From: Bacteroidia bacterium
GTDB lineage: Bacteria > Bacteroidota > Bacteroidia > UBA8524
Direction of reading: 5' to 3'
DNA length: 64,000 bases
Assembly: GCA_035906255.1 (NCBI GenBank)
Contig: JAMIFM010000022.1
Span: 6,856-70,855 of the forward strand
Shown here piece after piece: positions 19,618 through 29,641 of this stretch. The translations under genes were made by a program, and so were the position numbers. Below the pieces are notes generated by a model. It saw nothing but the letters and a program-made list of their open reading frames with translations. It had not been told where the DNA came from and did not search any database. Within the stretch, counting starts at the first letter, position 1. Every line of letters begins with the position of its first letter.

Positions 19618-20514
19618 CTATTTAACTGCAATAAATTTCCACGATTCTATCAACTCCTTAGGGCCTTCTTTAAGGTAGCGAAGGTAAATAGCGGTTTGGT
19701 GTGTGCCCGTTGTTGTATTGTGTAAATACACATAGTAGTCTTGCAACTCAAAAATATCCGCATTGGTGTATAGCTCAGGATTATCCACCTGCTGTTTAAT
19801 CATTTGGCGTATCCCTGTAAGTTCCTGAGCACCGTTAGTTTCATCGGGCAGGGTAAACAATTTAACTTCAATTAAACCGTTTTCGTCCTTGGTTTCTAAT
19901 GTAGTAGTTGCGGGTAAATACTCAGTATTGTAGGGGTTCTTCATCTCATCCGCATAGTCAAAAGTACTTTTGCGTTTAAGCTGGCTGCCATACAGCATAA
20001 AAAAGAATTCAATCTCTTCGGCAAAGTACTTTTCAATTTCTTCCTTGCTGTCCAGCTTCTGTTTCCAATAGTCAAGCTCCGCAACATCTTCACCTTTTGA
20101 GAATTTCTTTTTTTGGTCGGCAACTTCAAAGCACTTGTTTTTTAACTGTTCCCAATTCTTTACCCCATAGTATTTTCCTGAACTATCAAGCAATAAAACA
20201 ATGGGTTGTGTTTTTTTTACGTCTTTCACAAAAGCAGCAATGCCCATTGTTGCATAAAGAGGTTCAATGCTTTTGGTGTAGTTGTACTTTAGTTCAATTT
20301 CAGTACCTTTTTTGCTGATAGATAGCACTTTAAATGTGGCAATAACAGTATCCTTATCTTGTATATAGGTTGAGTCTTTGGGAGTGTACTTATTCTTAAA
20401 AAAGTAATAGCTATACACATCGTTTGCCTTCCAATTGGGTAAAAAATGATGAGTTTGGGCATTGCCGGCCAACGTACAGGCAGCAAGTGTGAAAAATAAG
20501 GCTAATTGCTTCAT
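19618..20514 (-). CDS. secreted hypothetical protein
   Basis: 298 aa. Signal peptide MKQLALFFTLAACTLAGNAQ. The mature part is Lys/Glu-rich. Confidence 0.45.
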   Translation of the reverse strand: MKQLALFFTLAACTLAGNAQTHHFLPNWKANDVYSYYFFKNKYTPKDSTYIQDKDTVIATFKVLSISKKGTEIELKYNYTKSIEPLYATMGIAAFVKDVKKTQPIVLLLDSSGKYYGVKNWEQLKNKCFEVADQKKKFSKGEDVAELDYWKQKLDSKEEIEKYFAEEIEFFFMLYGSQLKRKSTFDYADEMKNPYNTEYLPATTTLETKDENGLIEVKLFTLPDETNGAQELTGIRQMIKQQVDNPELYTNADIFELQDYYVYLHNTTTGTHQTAIYLRYLKEGPKELIESWKFIAVK

Positions 20515-21143
20515 ATAAGAGTGCTAATAAGTTTGGCCGCATCTATTAAGGCCAGCAGCAAAAATAATCCGCCGATTATTTTATTAAAACTTTTCCCCGC
20601 TTTTTTCAAAATCCACTCTTTATAGCGTCCGGCAACCATAATAAAGGTAAGCTGTAACAAAAAAGCCCCGGCAGCACTTCCGGCAATAAAAGCCCCTTTT
20701 TCAAGCCACGATGTATCAATCAAAAGATTTTTGGTTCTTAAAAAGGCTATTATCAGCAGCCAAAAGGTAATTAACTGCGGATTAAGTGAGGCTAACACAA
20801 AGCCTTCCCAAAAGCCTTTATGGTGCGGGGGCGGCACATTGCTAATATCTGCGGGCGTGTTCTTTTTACGCAGATTATGGATGGCTAAAAACAAAAACAC
20901 GGGCAGTGTGATAAAGTGCATCCACTTTTGTCCAAACTGTTCTGGGTTAATTAATTCAATAATAAAAAAGGCAAGGGCAGTGTAAAACAGTTCGGGCAGG
21001 CAGCCTCCCAAACCCACCCGCAAGGCATAGGCTTTATTAAACTGCACGGTACATTGTATTACCCTTAAGTTCACAGGGCCTAACTGTACTGAAGCAATGT
21101 AGCTTATTACCGTAGCAAGTATGAAGTATAAAAGGGCTTCCAC
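20511..21143 (-). CDS. LysE/RhtB family amino-acid exporter
   Basis: 210 aa with six TM helices and LysE-type N-terminal LGPVN-like motifs. Confidence 0.7.
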   Translation of the reverse strand: MEALLYFILATVISYIASVQLGPVNLRVIQCTVQFNKAYALRVGLGGCLPELFYTALAFFIIELINPEQFGQKWMHFITLPVFLFLAIHNLRKKNTPADISNVPPPHHKGFWEGFVLASLNPQLITFWLLIIAFLRTKNLLIDTSWLEKGAFIAGSAAGAFLLQLTFIMVAGRYKEWILKKAGKSFNKIIGGLFLLLALIDAAKLISTLI

Positions 21144-21149
21144 TGTGTT

Positions 21150-22184
21150 TTAGCGGCGGTTTTTGAAAAAATGACCGTATAAGGTACTTAAAAATTCTTT
21201 TTTGCTTGAATAAGGTACACCAAACTGCCGGTGGTTCATAACGGCAATGGTGCATATTGTACTCATGTTTTGGTATATATCTCGGTATGCTTTCCATAAA
21301 TTCATGGTTTGCATATCGTATATATGGCCGGGTTCGCTGGTGGTGCCGTTCACCTCCATCACTGTTATACCTTGTCCTTTTTGCAAGGCTTCATCACTTG
21401 GGGCTTTTATATCAAACCTGCCAAAATAAAAACCGGGCATAGCATCTGCTATTTTTTCAAATTCCGCAATCAATTCATTGGTTATCAGTTTATTTCCGTT
21501 TATAAAGGCCGTGCCTTTGCAGTGGTTTCCAATAGGCTCAACCAGTTTTTTTTCACCTTCAGGCAGTACTTCGTTTAAATTGATAGTTGGCTTTTGTGCA
21601 AGCGACGGCAACTGAAACCTTGCTCTGTCGTTCTTTTGCAATAGTTCAAGAAGTGTGCTTTTTCCGTCACCCGTTGCGGTTAAAAAACCTTTTTTTACAA
21701 TAGAGGTAATTCCGCTTTTGCTGCCATCGGGAAGTTTATAAAACATCACCCCGTACTCTTCGGGGTGGGCAATAAATTCTTGTATGATTATATCGCCCGC
21801 ATATCGCTCTAATTGTTTTACCAACTGCGCTTCATTTTCAATTTTAGCCACATCGTTTCCCCGTTCACCCACATTGGGTTTTACTATCAGTGGATAAGTA
21901 AAACCTTGTTCAGCTATCAGTGTTGCAGCATCTGATAGCTGAGAGTGTACTATAAGCAGGGTTTGGGGTAAGTATTGTTTGGGTATACTTTTTATAATAT
22001 CAAACTTCTTTTCACCGAAAAAACCTCCTAACGGAATACCGGGATTGGCTGCCGTAAAGTATAACAACGCCCTTGCCCGTATAGCCAATATAGGCCAAAA
22101 CAATAGCGTAGGCGGTAAAAAAAAGAACCACACCGGCCAATATTCATATCGAGTCCATTTTATCCACCAAAGCGGCTTTTGCAT
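21150..22184 (-). CDS. ATP-grasp domain protein with N-terminal TM segment
   Basis: 344 aa. ATP-grasp signatures are present: PLIVKPNVGERGNDV and a Mg-binding region MEVNGTTSEPGH. The N-terminus is hydrophobic. Confidence 0.55.
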   Translation of the reverse strand: MQKPLWWIKWTRYEYWPVWFFFLPPTLLFWPILAIRARALLYFTAANPGIPLGGFFGEKKFDIIKSIPKQYLPQTLLIVHSQLSDAATLIAEQGFTYPLIVKPNVGERGNDVAKIENEAQLVKQLERYAGDIIIQEFIAHPEEYGVMFYKLPDGSKSGITSIVKKGFLTATGDGKSTLLELLQKNDRARFQLPSLAQKPTINLNEVLPEGEKKLVEPIGNHCKGTAFINGNKLITNELIAEFEKIADAMPGFYFGRFDIKAPSDEALQKGQGITVMEVNGTTSEPGHIYDMQTMNLWKAYRDIYQNMSTICTIAVMNHRQFGVPYSSKKEFLSTLYGHFFKNRR

Positions 22185-22190
22185 ACGGTT

Positions 22191-22895
22191 TTATAGCGTT
22201 ATTGTGTGGCGTTTGCTTTCTATCAGGTCTTCGTAACAAAAGGTGTTAACGTTTTGGCGTTTTTCAAAGCTGCTAATGCTCACAGTTTGCACCCTGTTGT
22301 TGCGGTTCATTACCAAATCAGTTTCAATATTACCTGTACCTCCAAAGTGATGGAAACGCAAAATGTTATCAACGGTATATTCATTGCCTTCGTTTTTCCA
22401 TTGCTCAAACCAAATTTCGCGGCGTTTCCGGGTTTCAGAATCGTACAAGGTTGCTGATGACCATATATGACTGTCTTCAAAGTCTTTTTCTATCAACTCA
22501 GGCATTTTTTCATCCCACCTGAATTGGTGTAGTGTTTTTAAAACAGGGTTGATAATTACCAATGTAAAAGGCTCTATTCCTTCAAAATTATACTTGTAGG
22601 CATATTCAGCAGGGTTTGCGTAGCTATAAAAATCAAGCATTACCAAGCCTCTGCTTTTTCTGTAAGGAGGGGTGTGATGGTGTTTGTGAGCTGCTCCGTT
22701 TAGTAATACAAGGGTGTATGTTTTTGATGCTGCAAACCAAGTGCCTCCTGCCTCAGCGTCTTTTGGAAAATAAACCTCGCTTCCAAAAATGTTGTAAGGT
22801 GCAGGGGGAATGGTGTTTCGGGTTTTTCGCTCATCGCGGTTCGATGTGATAATAAAATCACCTTGCCCCAGAGGCAGAAATGTTACTGTGCACAT
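22191..22895 (-). CDS. NRDE family protein (DUF833/TANGO2-like)
   Basis: A literal NRDE motif (SNRDE) is present. The family begins Met-Cys, so I take the start as MCTVTF, which is the ORF-track ORF 22191..22937 trimmed by 14 codons. Confidence 0.65.
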   Translation of the reverse strand: MCTVTFLPLGQGDFIITSNRDERKTRNTIPPAPYNIFGSEVYFPKDAEAGGTWFAASKTYTLVLLNGAAHKHHHTPPYRKSRGLVMLDFYSYANPAEYAYKYNFEGIEPFTLVIINPVLKTLHQFRWDEKMPELIEKDFEDSHIWSSATLYDSETRKRREIWFEQWKNEGNEYTVDNILRFHHFGGTGNIETDLVMNRNNRVQTVSISSFEKRQNVNTFCYEDLIESKRHTITL

Positions 22896-23412
22896 GGTTT
22901 TGTTGCTGGTAGCGGAGGGTTGATGCCGCAACGCCAAATCCTTCTTCTAATTCAATGTCTTTAAAGTAGTTTTTTACTACCATTTGTAATATAGCCATGT
23001 GGTGCACGGCGTGCTCAATATTATAAGCCAATTCACGACCAAAGCTGGTAGTTACACAAATGGCTTCAGTTCCTGTTTCCGAAAAATCTGCGTTGTAATA
23101 CAATTGCCTGTCGGCTATTTTTTCAGCGTTAAGTTGTGTTACTATTTCCTCAATGATTGAGTTAGCTATCACAGGGCTGTTTTCTATATCTGTATTGCGC
23201 AACCGTTTGTCATAATTTACCACTTCGGCATCTCTCATCAGGCATTGGTAAAACTCAATAATATGCCTGTAATGTTTGCCTATTGTATTACCCCCAAGTA
23301 AATCAAGCGGCATAGTATATTGTGTAGTGGAAAGTGAGAGTGCTAAACGGTGTAGTTGCGTTAATACACCATGACTGGCAGATAAAAGCGTTTGCAGGGC
23401 GTTGTTTTGCAT
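22858..23412 (-). CDS. DinB-family (DinB_2-like) protein
   Basis: 184 aa. It has the His-containing helices (HHMAILQ) typical of the DinB/YfiT four-helix bundle. Confidence 0.5.
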   Translation of the reverse strand: MQNNALQTLLSASHGVLTQLHRLALSLSTTQYTMPLDLLGGNTIGKHYRHIIEFYQCLMRDAEVVNYDKRLRNTDIENSPVIANSIIEEIVTQLNAEKIADRQLYYNADFSETGTEAICVTTSFGRELAYNIEHAVHHMAILQMVVKNYFKDIELEEGFGVAASTLRYQQQNHVHSNISASGAR

Positions 23413-23612
23413 ATAGAGTTTTCAGAAGTAATATACGACTTAATAGTGCCGTTTAGTTTTATTATTGTTGGTTTAATGTTACGTTTTAGCGTATCAAATT
23501 TTCACCCAAAAATCCCACTTGTTCACTTTCAGGGATAAATGTACAATAAAAATCACTTTTTGTGTGTTTTTTTGCAGTTTAGCATCGGATTAGTTTAAAC
23601 ACCTGTTAAAAA

Positions 23613-24062
23613 ATGAAGATAGAGCAGGAAATAAGGCAGAAAAAATTTAGGAATGATTGGCAAAAGGCTGTAATCAACCTTCTATTCACCAGTAGTTGGT
23701 TGCAGTTGAAGATGAAAGATTTTATGAAGGGGTATGGTATTACCCCGCAGCAATACAATGTATTAAAGATACTGAAAGGGCAACATCCTAATCCGGTATC
23801 TACCAATTTGGTGCGCGACCGTATGCTGGATAAAATGAGTGATGTGAGCCGCATTGTAGCAAGGCTGCAAGAAAAGGGGCTGGTGGATGTGTGCAGAGCC
23901 TGCCATGATAAGCGCCTTGTGGATATTGTGATAAGCGATAAAGGACTTGCTTTGGTTGCTGAGGTTGATAGCAGGGATAATGAAATGGATGGATTTTTAA
24001 AGCAGATAACTAAAGAAGAAGCTGCTGAACTAAGCCATTTGCTGGATAAGCTGCGCGGATAA
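23613..24062 (+). CDS. MarR family transcriptional regulator
   Basis: 149 aa. The winged-helix segment ITPQQYNVLKIL...DRRLV is diagnostic of MarR. Confidence 0.8.
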   Translation: MKIEQEIRQKKFRNDWQKAVINLLFTSSWLQLKMKDFMKGYGITPQQYNVLKILKGQHPNPVSTNLVRDRMLDKMSDVSRIVARLQEKGLVDVCRACHDKRLVDIVISDKGLALVAEVDSRDNEMDGFLKQITKEEAAELSHLLDKLRG

Positions 24063-24069
24063 TTACATA

Positions 24070-24600
24070 TTATTTTACTAACACAGCTTTTTGATACCCT
24101 GTTATTGGGTAAACAATAACAGCCGGTATATCATTTTCGGGCAGGTTGCCTGTTTCTTTTGTGTTGTTTGCCGAACCGGTGGTAACTTCAAACACAATAC
24201 TATCGCCCTCTAACTTATAGGTAATAAGTAACAACGTTTCTCCTACGGCAAAGCGGGTTGCCAACACATTACCTATCATACGCCCATCAATCAAAATCCC
24301 GTTTTTTTCATCAATGGTGTATTTCCCTTTGGCTGAATCAACAACAACTAATTCGTAATTACGTTGGTCGGGAGTTTTGCCCTCAGGTAAGTAGCTAATT
24401 ACCCAAGCCCATTTATTAGCACTGTCGGTTGTTTTAATACTTAAACTCATGGGTATTTTGCCCACGTTTTTCACACCCGCACTATAAATATATAAGTCAC
24501 CTTTCCAAGTTCCTTCATATCCTGCGGGGAAGTTTTTTTGAGCTAAGGATAACTTATAACCGGCTAACAAACAAAGTAGTATAAGCGATATGCGTTTCAT
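24070..24600 (-). CDS. secreted hypothetical protein
   Basis: 176 aa with a signal peptide and a beta-rich composition. Confidence 0.4.
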   Translation of the reverse strand: MKRISLILLCLLAGYKLSLAQKNFPAGYEGTWKGDLYIYSAGVKNVGKIPMSLSIKTTDSANKWAWVISYLPEGKTPDQRNYELVVVDSAKGKYTIDEKNGILIDGRMIGNVLATRFAVGETLLLITYKLEGDSIVFEVTTGSANNTKETGNLPENDIPAVIVYPITGYQKAVLVK

Positions 24601-25265
24601 TACACAAAGTTAGAAATCAGCAGCAACGATATATTATACAGGCAAAAAACTACCTGTATTATCAGCACTTTTTGTTCACCTTTGGTAAGTATGTTGCTAT
24701 AAGTTGGGTTTAACAATATATGTGCAATAAGCCCGGTGGTAAAATAGTTTGCAAACCCTGAAACAGAAACGGCTTCCATAGCTTGTTCAGAAGTTTGCAC
24801 AGTTTGAGTAACGGCTTGCATAAGCAAGAGAATTACCAACCCGATAAACACTGTACTTGAGTTTTCAAGCGATTCACGATTTCTATACAAGCGTATTGCA
24901 AGGGCGGCTGCAAATACGGTAATAGCAATTTTGCCCAATAGCAATGCCGCCTCCGCTTTACTCACCTCAGCCATTAGGTTAAAATATAAACCTGCTGCAC
25001 CACCGGAAAGTCCTAATAGTATTAGCGAATAGTAATTACGTAAGACAGCCATGTGGAAGATGAACAATAAAGCCCAAGAGATAAAAAATGAATACGCTAA
25101 ATAGTGCGTGTATTGCCAGCCTGAAATGGCTCCAATAGTAAGAGCGGTTAGGCAAATTATAGGCAACGATGTTAAAATAATTTCAATACGTTTCATACAG
25201 TATGCGGCAAAATAAACAAAAGCATCGTGATAAACCGACTGTATAAAAACCAAAAGTCCCATCAC
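24600..25265 (-). CDS. hypothetical integral membrane protein
   Basis: 221 aa with at least six TM helices. The start is uncertain; an alternative is the Met at 25196. Confidence 0.4.
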   Translation of the reverse strand: MMGLLVFIQSVYHDAFVYFAAYCMKRIEIILTSLPIICLTALTIGAISGWQYTHYLAYSFFISWALLFIFHMAVLRNYYSLILLGLSGGAAGLYFNLMAEVSKAEAALLLGKIAITVFAAALAIRLYRNRESLENSSTVFIGLVILLLMQAVTQTVQTSEQAMEAVSVSGFANYFTTGLIAHILLNPTYSNILTKGEQKVLIIQVVFCLYNISLLLISNFV

Positions 25266-25487
25266 GTCGGACGGGACTTATTGGCTCAAACCTACCTTAT
25301 CGCTTTTTACCAACCTGACTTACAACGGATTAACCGTTAAAGTCACGTGCAATGGGTGTTATCCCAACTCCGACCGCACTTTAGCATACGGAAAAAACTA
25401 TTTACATAGACCCACTTTTGATGTAAAAAGTTGGATGCTATTTGAAAAAAAATCAAAAAAAGTTAATTGTAGATAAAATGTTAACTC

Positions 25488-25501
25488 TGACTAATCAGTC
25501 A
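25488..25501. promoter_or_regulatory. 14-bp perfect palindrome TGACTAATCAGTCA upstream of the TetR gene (operator candidate)
   Basis: It was read directly from the sequence, about 60 bp before the start at 25560. Confidence 0.45.
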
Positions 25502-25559
25502 TTAGTACTTTTGTTATAGCTGTAGTAGCTATGTTGAATACACACGAAACAATAACGGA

Positions 25560-26216
25560 ATGCCTAAACCCACATTTATAAACTTAACAAAGGCCAAACG
25601 TGAGCATTTTTTGGCGGTAGCCCTTGAAGAGTTTGCAATGAATGATTATGACCATGCGTCCATAACACACATTGTGAAAGTGTTGGGGATAGCTAAGGGC
25701 AGTGTGTATCAGTATTTTGAGAACAAAAAAGACCTGTATGGTTATTTGCTTGAGCAGGCCACACAACGCAGGCTTGAGTATGTAAAAAACCTGCTGCGCA
25801 CACCGCCACAAAACATATACGATTTGTTCTCGTCGTTGTTTGTACAAACAATACAATTTGATATTGAAAATCCTTTGTACAGCAGATTGCTGGCAAACGC
25901 AAACAACGAAAAGTTTAGTAAAGACCTTGGAAATGCTATGATAGAGCAGCGTAAAAAATCAATGGATTTTATGCGCGGCTTATTAGAAAGGGAAGTATTG
26001 ATGGGTGGAATACGGTTTGATTTGAATATTGACCTCACGAGCTACCTTTTGGCACAGATAAACACAAACATTCTTGATTTTTTGGTAATACAAAATAAGA
26101 TAGAAAGCGATACACTGCTAAATCCGAAGAAGCTAAAAAAGGCAATTACCGAAACGGATATTCAAAGCACTGCCCGGCAAATTGCTGATTTTATGCGAAT
26201 AGGAATGAAGGCTTAA
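25560..26216 (+). CDS. TetR/AcrR family transcriptional regulator
   Basis: 218 aa with an N-terminal HTH (HASITHIVKVLGIAKGSVYQYFENKKDLY). Confidence 0.8.
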   Translation: MPKPTFINLTKAKREHFLAVALEEFAMNDYDHASITHIVKVLGIAKGSVYQYFENKKDLYGYLLEQATQRRLEYVKNLLRTPPQNIYDLFSSLFVQTIQFDIENPLYSRLLANANNEKFSKDLGNAMIEQRKKSMDFMRGLLEREVLMGGIRFDLNIDLTSYLLAQINTNILDFLVIQNKIESDTLLNPKKLKKAITETDIQSTARQIADFMRIGMKA

Positions 26217-26220
26217 TGTG

Positions 26221-26565
26221 CTATCCCAGCTTTTGCTTTACTTCTGCCATTAGTTCAACAGCAACTTTTAAATCAAGCATTGCGTTTTGCAGTCGGTTTT
26301 CGGCCAGTTGAAGGGTGTTTTTTAAAGCTGTTGTATCGGCAACTATCTCTTTTTCCATTTCACCTTTTCCCATCAGTAACCATTCAGCCCGTATAGTAGG
26401 ATAGGTTTGTAGTATTTTTTGCAGCAATTCAACCCCCGGCTTATTTCTACCTGTGCTTATATGAGTAAGCACCCCTTGTGATATATCTAACTCCGCAGCA
26501 AAAGAAGTTTTATTCACAGCCATCTTAGTTACCACCTCCATAAACCGAATATTCAATGCATCCAT
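26221..26565 (-). CDS. HTH DNA-binding protein (XRE-like)
   Basis: 114 aa with an N-terminal HTH and a C-terminal coiled coil. Confidence 0.55.
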   Translation of the reverse strand: MDALNIRFMEVVTKMAVNKTSFAAELDISQGVLTHISTGRNKPGVELLQKILQTYPTIRAEWLLMGKGEMEKEIVADTTALKNTLQLAENRLQNAMLDLKVAVELMAEVKQKLG

Positions 26566-26582
26566 ACCTGCAATTTTACGAA

Positions 26583-26622
26583 TGTAAAATTGGTTTTACA
26601 AGTGTAAAATTAAGGTTTTACA
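26583..26622. promoter_or_regulatory. two tandem palindromes TGTAAAA-N4/6-TTTTACA at the HTH gene promoter (operator candidate)
   Basis: The two sites are tgtaaaattggttttaca and tgtaaaattaaggttttaca. A third half-site, attttac, lies at 26573-26579. Confidence 0.5.
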
Positions 26623-26965
26623 GATGTGTATTTCTGTGTATTTGTGGGTTTTAGTGTAGTGGGTTTTTTATTACATTTATACTTTAAGTATATGTAATTT
26701 AATATTGATTTTTAATACGTTAAGTGTTAAATTAAACAGACTTATGGGTAACACGAAATGTGTTGTCAAAATGGCAGAAAAACACAGCGTATCGTTTTAC
26801 AGTACTGTATTTTTAGGAGCTAATAGCTGTTAAAAAGTGCTGTTTTAAGGCAGTTTTTGGCAGAACATGAGTTGATGAGTGTATGCGGAAAGAAAGTTTG
26901 TTAAAAGGGCTTAAATTGATTTTCGCTCTGCTGAATGCTTAAATTTGAAACTTAAGAAAACAAAA

Positions 26966-27000
26966 AAGCGGACAATGAACTTAATCATTGTCCGCTTTTG
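26966..27000 (-). terminator. bidirectional rho-independent terminator
   Basis: A 13-bp stem (aagcggacaatga/tcattgtccgctt) is flanked by A-runs and T-runs. Confidence 0.65.
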
Positions 27001-27021
27001 AAAATTTGTAATTGGTAAAGT

Positions 27022-27522
27022 TTATATCCTCTTGTATGTTAATGTAACATTTGGTATGCCGTCAAACTGTTTAACAAACTCATTAAACACCTCTTTAGAA
27101 GTAGATGCAATTTTAGTATAGAGTACTTGCCCGCTAATATCAGGTCCTTGGCGAGCGTCTTGATAAAATGTACCTGAAAGTATTACCTTGCTGGTTACAC
27201 CATCTTTTATACTTACAACATTAAGGTTCATGGTTATGTTATCGTAATTTTTGTATTGACGGGGTTTTGCGCTGGCAAAACCGTTCACGCGGTCAATTTC
27301 TTCAAAAGTATAACCATTAACTTTTAGATTATTGATAACCTTATCAAATAGCAAGCTGTCTTCAGATGTGCCGATAATTTGGTTTGCACCGCTAAAAGGG
27401 GTTGTCCCTGTGGTTCCAATCGGTTCATACACTGCGCAAGACGATAACAGACTTACAGTGCAAATAGTTAAAATTAGTAGTTTGGGTAATTTCATAGTGC
27501 AAAGAAGTAAATATTGCGCCAA
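27022..27522 (-). CDS. lipoprotein, hypothetical
   Basis: The signal peptide plus lipobox (LLSSC) begins at the internal Met (MKLPKLL, about 27492). Confidence 0.45.
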   Translation of the reverse strand: MAQYLLLCTMKLPKLLILTICTVSLLSSCAVYEPIGTTGTTPFSGANQIIGTSEDSLLFDKVINNLKVNGYTFEEIDRVNGFASAKPRQYKNYDNITMNLNVVSIKDGVTSKVILSGTFYQDARQGPDISGQVLYTKIASTSKEVFNEFVKQFDGIPNVTLTYKRI

Positions 27523-27734
27523 TACATTACCATGCTGCCGCCATCTTTGGTCGAAAAGCCAAGGGAAACGCCGTTATCCACACCCTTTGCAAAACTTCTT
27601 AGTAAATACAGGGCTTTTAGCTATATTTTTACCAGTCGATTTTGTTTAAAATCTAAACAATAACCGGTTGTAAAGTATCGGTAGGCTTTATTCTTAGGCT
27701 GCTGATAACTTAGAAATCAATAACTAATAGCAAG

Positions 27735-29600
27735 ATGGCTGAACCTAATAATTCACAATATACCGAAAACGAGATACGCTCACTGGACTGGCGCGAGCAT
27801 ATCCGTTTACGTCCCGGTATGTATATCGGTAAATTGGGCGATGGAGCTTCGCCCGACGACGGTATTTATATTCTTATCAAAGAAATTATCGACAACTCTA
27901 TTGATGAGTTTGTAATGGGCAATGGTAAGAAGATAGAAATAAAAGTAAGCGACCATAAAGTGGTTGTGCGCGACTACGGTCGCGGTATTCCTTTGGGTAA
28001 AGTGATTGATTGTGTTTCTAAAATCAACACCGGAGGTAAATACGATAGCAAAGCATTTCAAAAATCAGTAGGATTGAACGGTGTGGGTACCAAGGCCGTA
28101 AACGCATTATCTTCATTCTTCCGTGTGCAGTCAATCCGTGACGGTCGCACTAAAATAGCTGAGTTTGAACGCGGCGTATTGGTAAACGATGCCCCCGAAG
28201 AAGCTACTAATGAGCGCAACGGTACAATAATGACCTTTGTGCCCGATGATACCATTTTCCGTAATTTCCATTTCAGGCCTGAGTTTCTTGAAGAACAGAT
28301 TTGGAACTACGCTTACTTAAATGCAGGGCTTAGTATTCATTTCAACGATACTATCTATATGTCGAAAAACGGCTTGTTGGATTTGCTACAACGCAAAACC
28401 AACGCCGAGGCAATTCGCTATCCGATTATCCACCTGAAAGGAGAGGATATTGAAATAGCTATGACGCACGAAAACCAGTACGGTGAAGAGTATTACAGCT
28501 TTGTGAACGGACAACATACCACGCAAGGCGGTACACACTTGCAAGCTTTTCGTGAGGCGGTTGTTAAAACCGTGCGTGATTTCTACAAGAAAGATTTTGA
28601 TGTAGCGGATATACGGGCATCAATTATTGCAGCCATTAGTGTGCGTGTGCAAGAGCCTGTATTTGAAAGCCAAACCAAAACCAAGTTAGGTTCATTGGTG
28701 ATGTATGAGGGTGGACCGAGTTTAAAGAGCTTTATCGGGGATTTTGTATCCAACGAGTTTAATAACTTTTTACATAAACACCCTGAAACTTCTGATGCGC
28801 TTTTAAAACGCATCCAACAATCGGAACGCGAGCGAAAGGATATGGCAGGTATTAAGAAACTGGCCAACGAAAGAGCTAAGAAAGCAAACCTGCACAACAA
28901 AAAGCTACGGGATTGCCGCTTGCACTTAGACGAATCGAAGAGCGAAAAGAAATACGATACCACTATTTTTATCACAGAAGGAGACTCGGCCAGCGGTTCA
29001 ATCACCAAATCGCGCGATGTGGAAACACAAGCCGTTTTCAGTCTTCGCGGAAAGCCCCTAAACTGCTTTGGCTTAACCAAAAAGGTGGTATATGAAAACG
29101 AAGAGTTTAACCTGTTGCAACACGCGTTGAACATTGAAGAAGGGATTGAAGGCTTACGATACAACCGCGTAGTAATAGCTACCGATGCCGATGTTGACGG
29201 TATGCACATCCGTTTGCTGATACTTACCTTCTTTTTGCAGTTTTTCCCTGATTTAGTGAAAAACGGCCACGTTTACATATTAGATACTCCGCTGTTCCGT
29301 GTACGTAACAAGCATAAAACCATTTACTGTTACAGCGAAGAAGAGAAACAAAAAGCCATACAAAAACTGGGTGGCAAACCTGAGATTACACGTTTTAAAG
29401 GATTGGGGGAAATATCGCCCGAAGAATTCGGAATGTTTATAGGAGAGGATATGCGTTTAGATCCGATTATCCTTAAACCCGATATGTCAATCCGTAAACT
29501 GCTTGAATACTACATGGGTAAAAACACTATGGAACGCCAGCAGTTTATTATCAGCAACCTTAAAATAGAAAAGGATGCGGTGTATGAAGATGTTGCTTAA
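27735..29600 (+). CDS. parE: DNA topoisomerase IV subunit B
   Basis: 621 aa. GHKL ATPase plus Toprim domains. It is short, with no GyrB-specific insert, and is adjacent to parC. Confidence 0.85.
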   Translation: MAEPNNSQYTENEIRSLDWREHIRLRPGMYIGKLGDGASPDDGIYILIKEIIDNSIDEFVMGNGKKIEIKVSDHKVVVRDYGRGIPLGKVIDCVSKINTGGKYDSKAFQKSVGLNGVGTKAVNALSSFFRVQSIRDGRTKIAEFERGVLVNDAPEEATNERNGTIMTFVPDDTIFRNFHFRPEFLEEQIWNYAYLNAGLSIHFNDTIYMSKNGLLDLLQRKTNAEAIRYPIIHLKGEDIEIAMTHENQYGEEYYSFVNGQHTTQGGTHLQAFREAVVKTVRDFYKKDFDVADIRASIIAAISVRVQEPVFESQTKTKLGSLVMYEGGPSLKSFIGDFVSNEFNNFLHKHPETSDALLKRIQQSERERKDMAGIKKLANERAKKANLHNKKLRDCRLHLDESKSEKKYDTTIFITEGDSASGSITKSRDVETQAVFSLRGKPLNCFGLTKKVVYENEEFNLLQHALNIEEGIEGLRYNRVVIATDADVDGMHIRLLILTFFLQFFPDLVKNGHVYILDTPLFRVRNKHKTIYCYSEEEKQKAIQKLGGKPEITRFKGLGEISPEEFGMFIGEDMRLDPIILKPDMSIRKLLEYYMGKNTMERQQFIISNLKIEKDAVYEDVA

Positions 29601-29641
29601 ATAATGGAAGTATAAATGCCGCTTAGGAGCAAACAGAAGAA

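Noticed and set aside
21247-21578. Three small plus-strand ORFs (60-89 aa) inside the ATP-grasp gene
   Set aside because: They are antisense to a 344-aa gene with clear ATP-grasp motifs and have a hydrophobic low-complexity composition.
26583-26622. Possible CRISPR-like repeat
   Set aside because: There are only two or three units. They are palindromic with variable short spacers and are positioned at a promoter, so they are operator sites rather than a CRISPR array.
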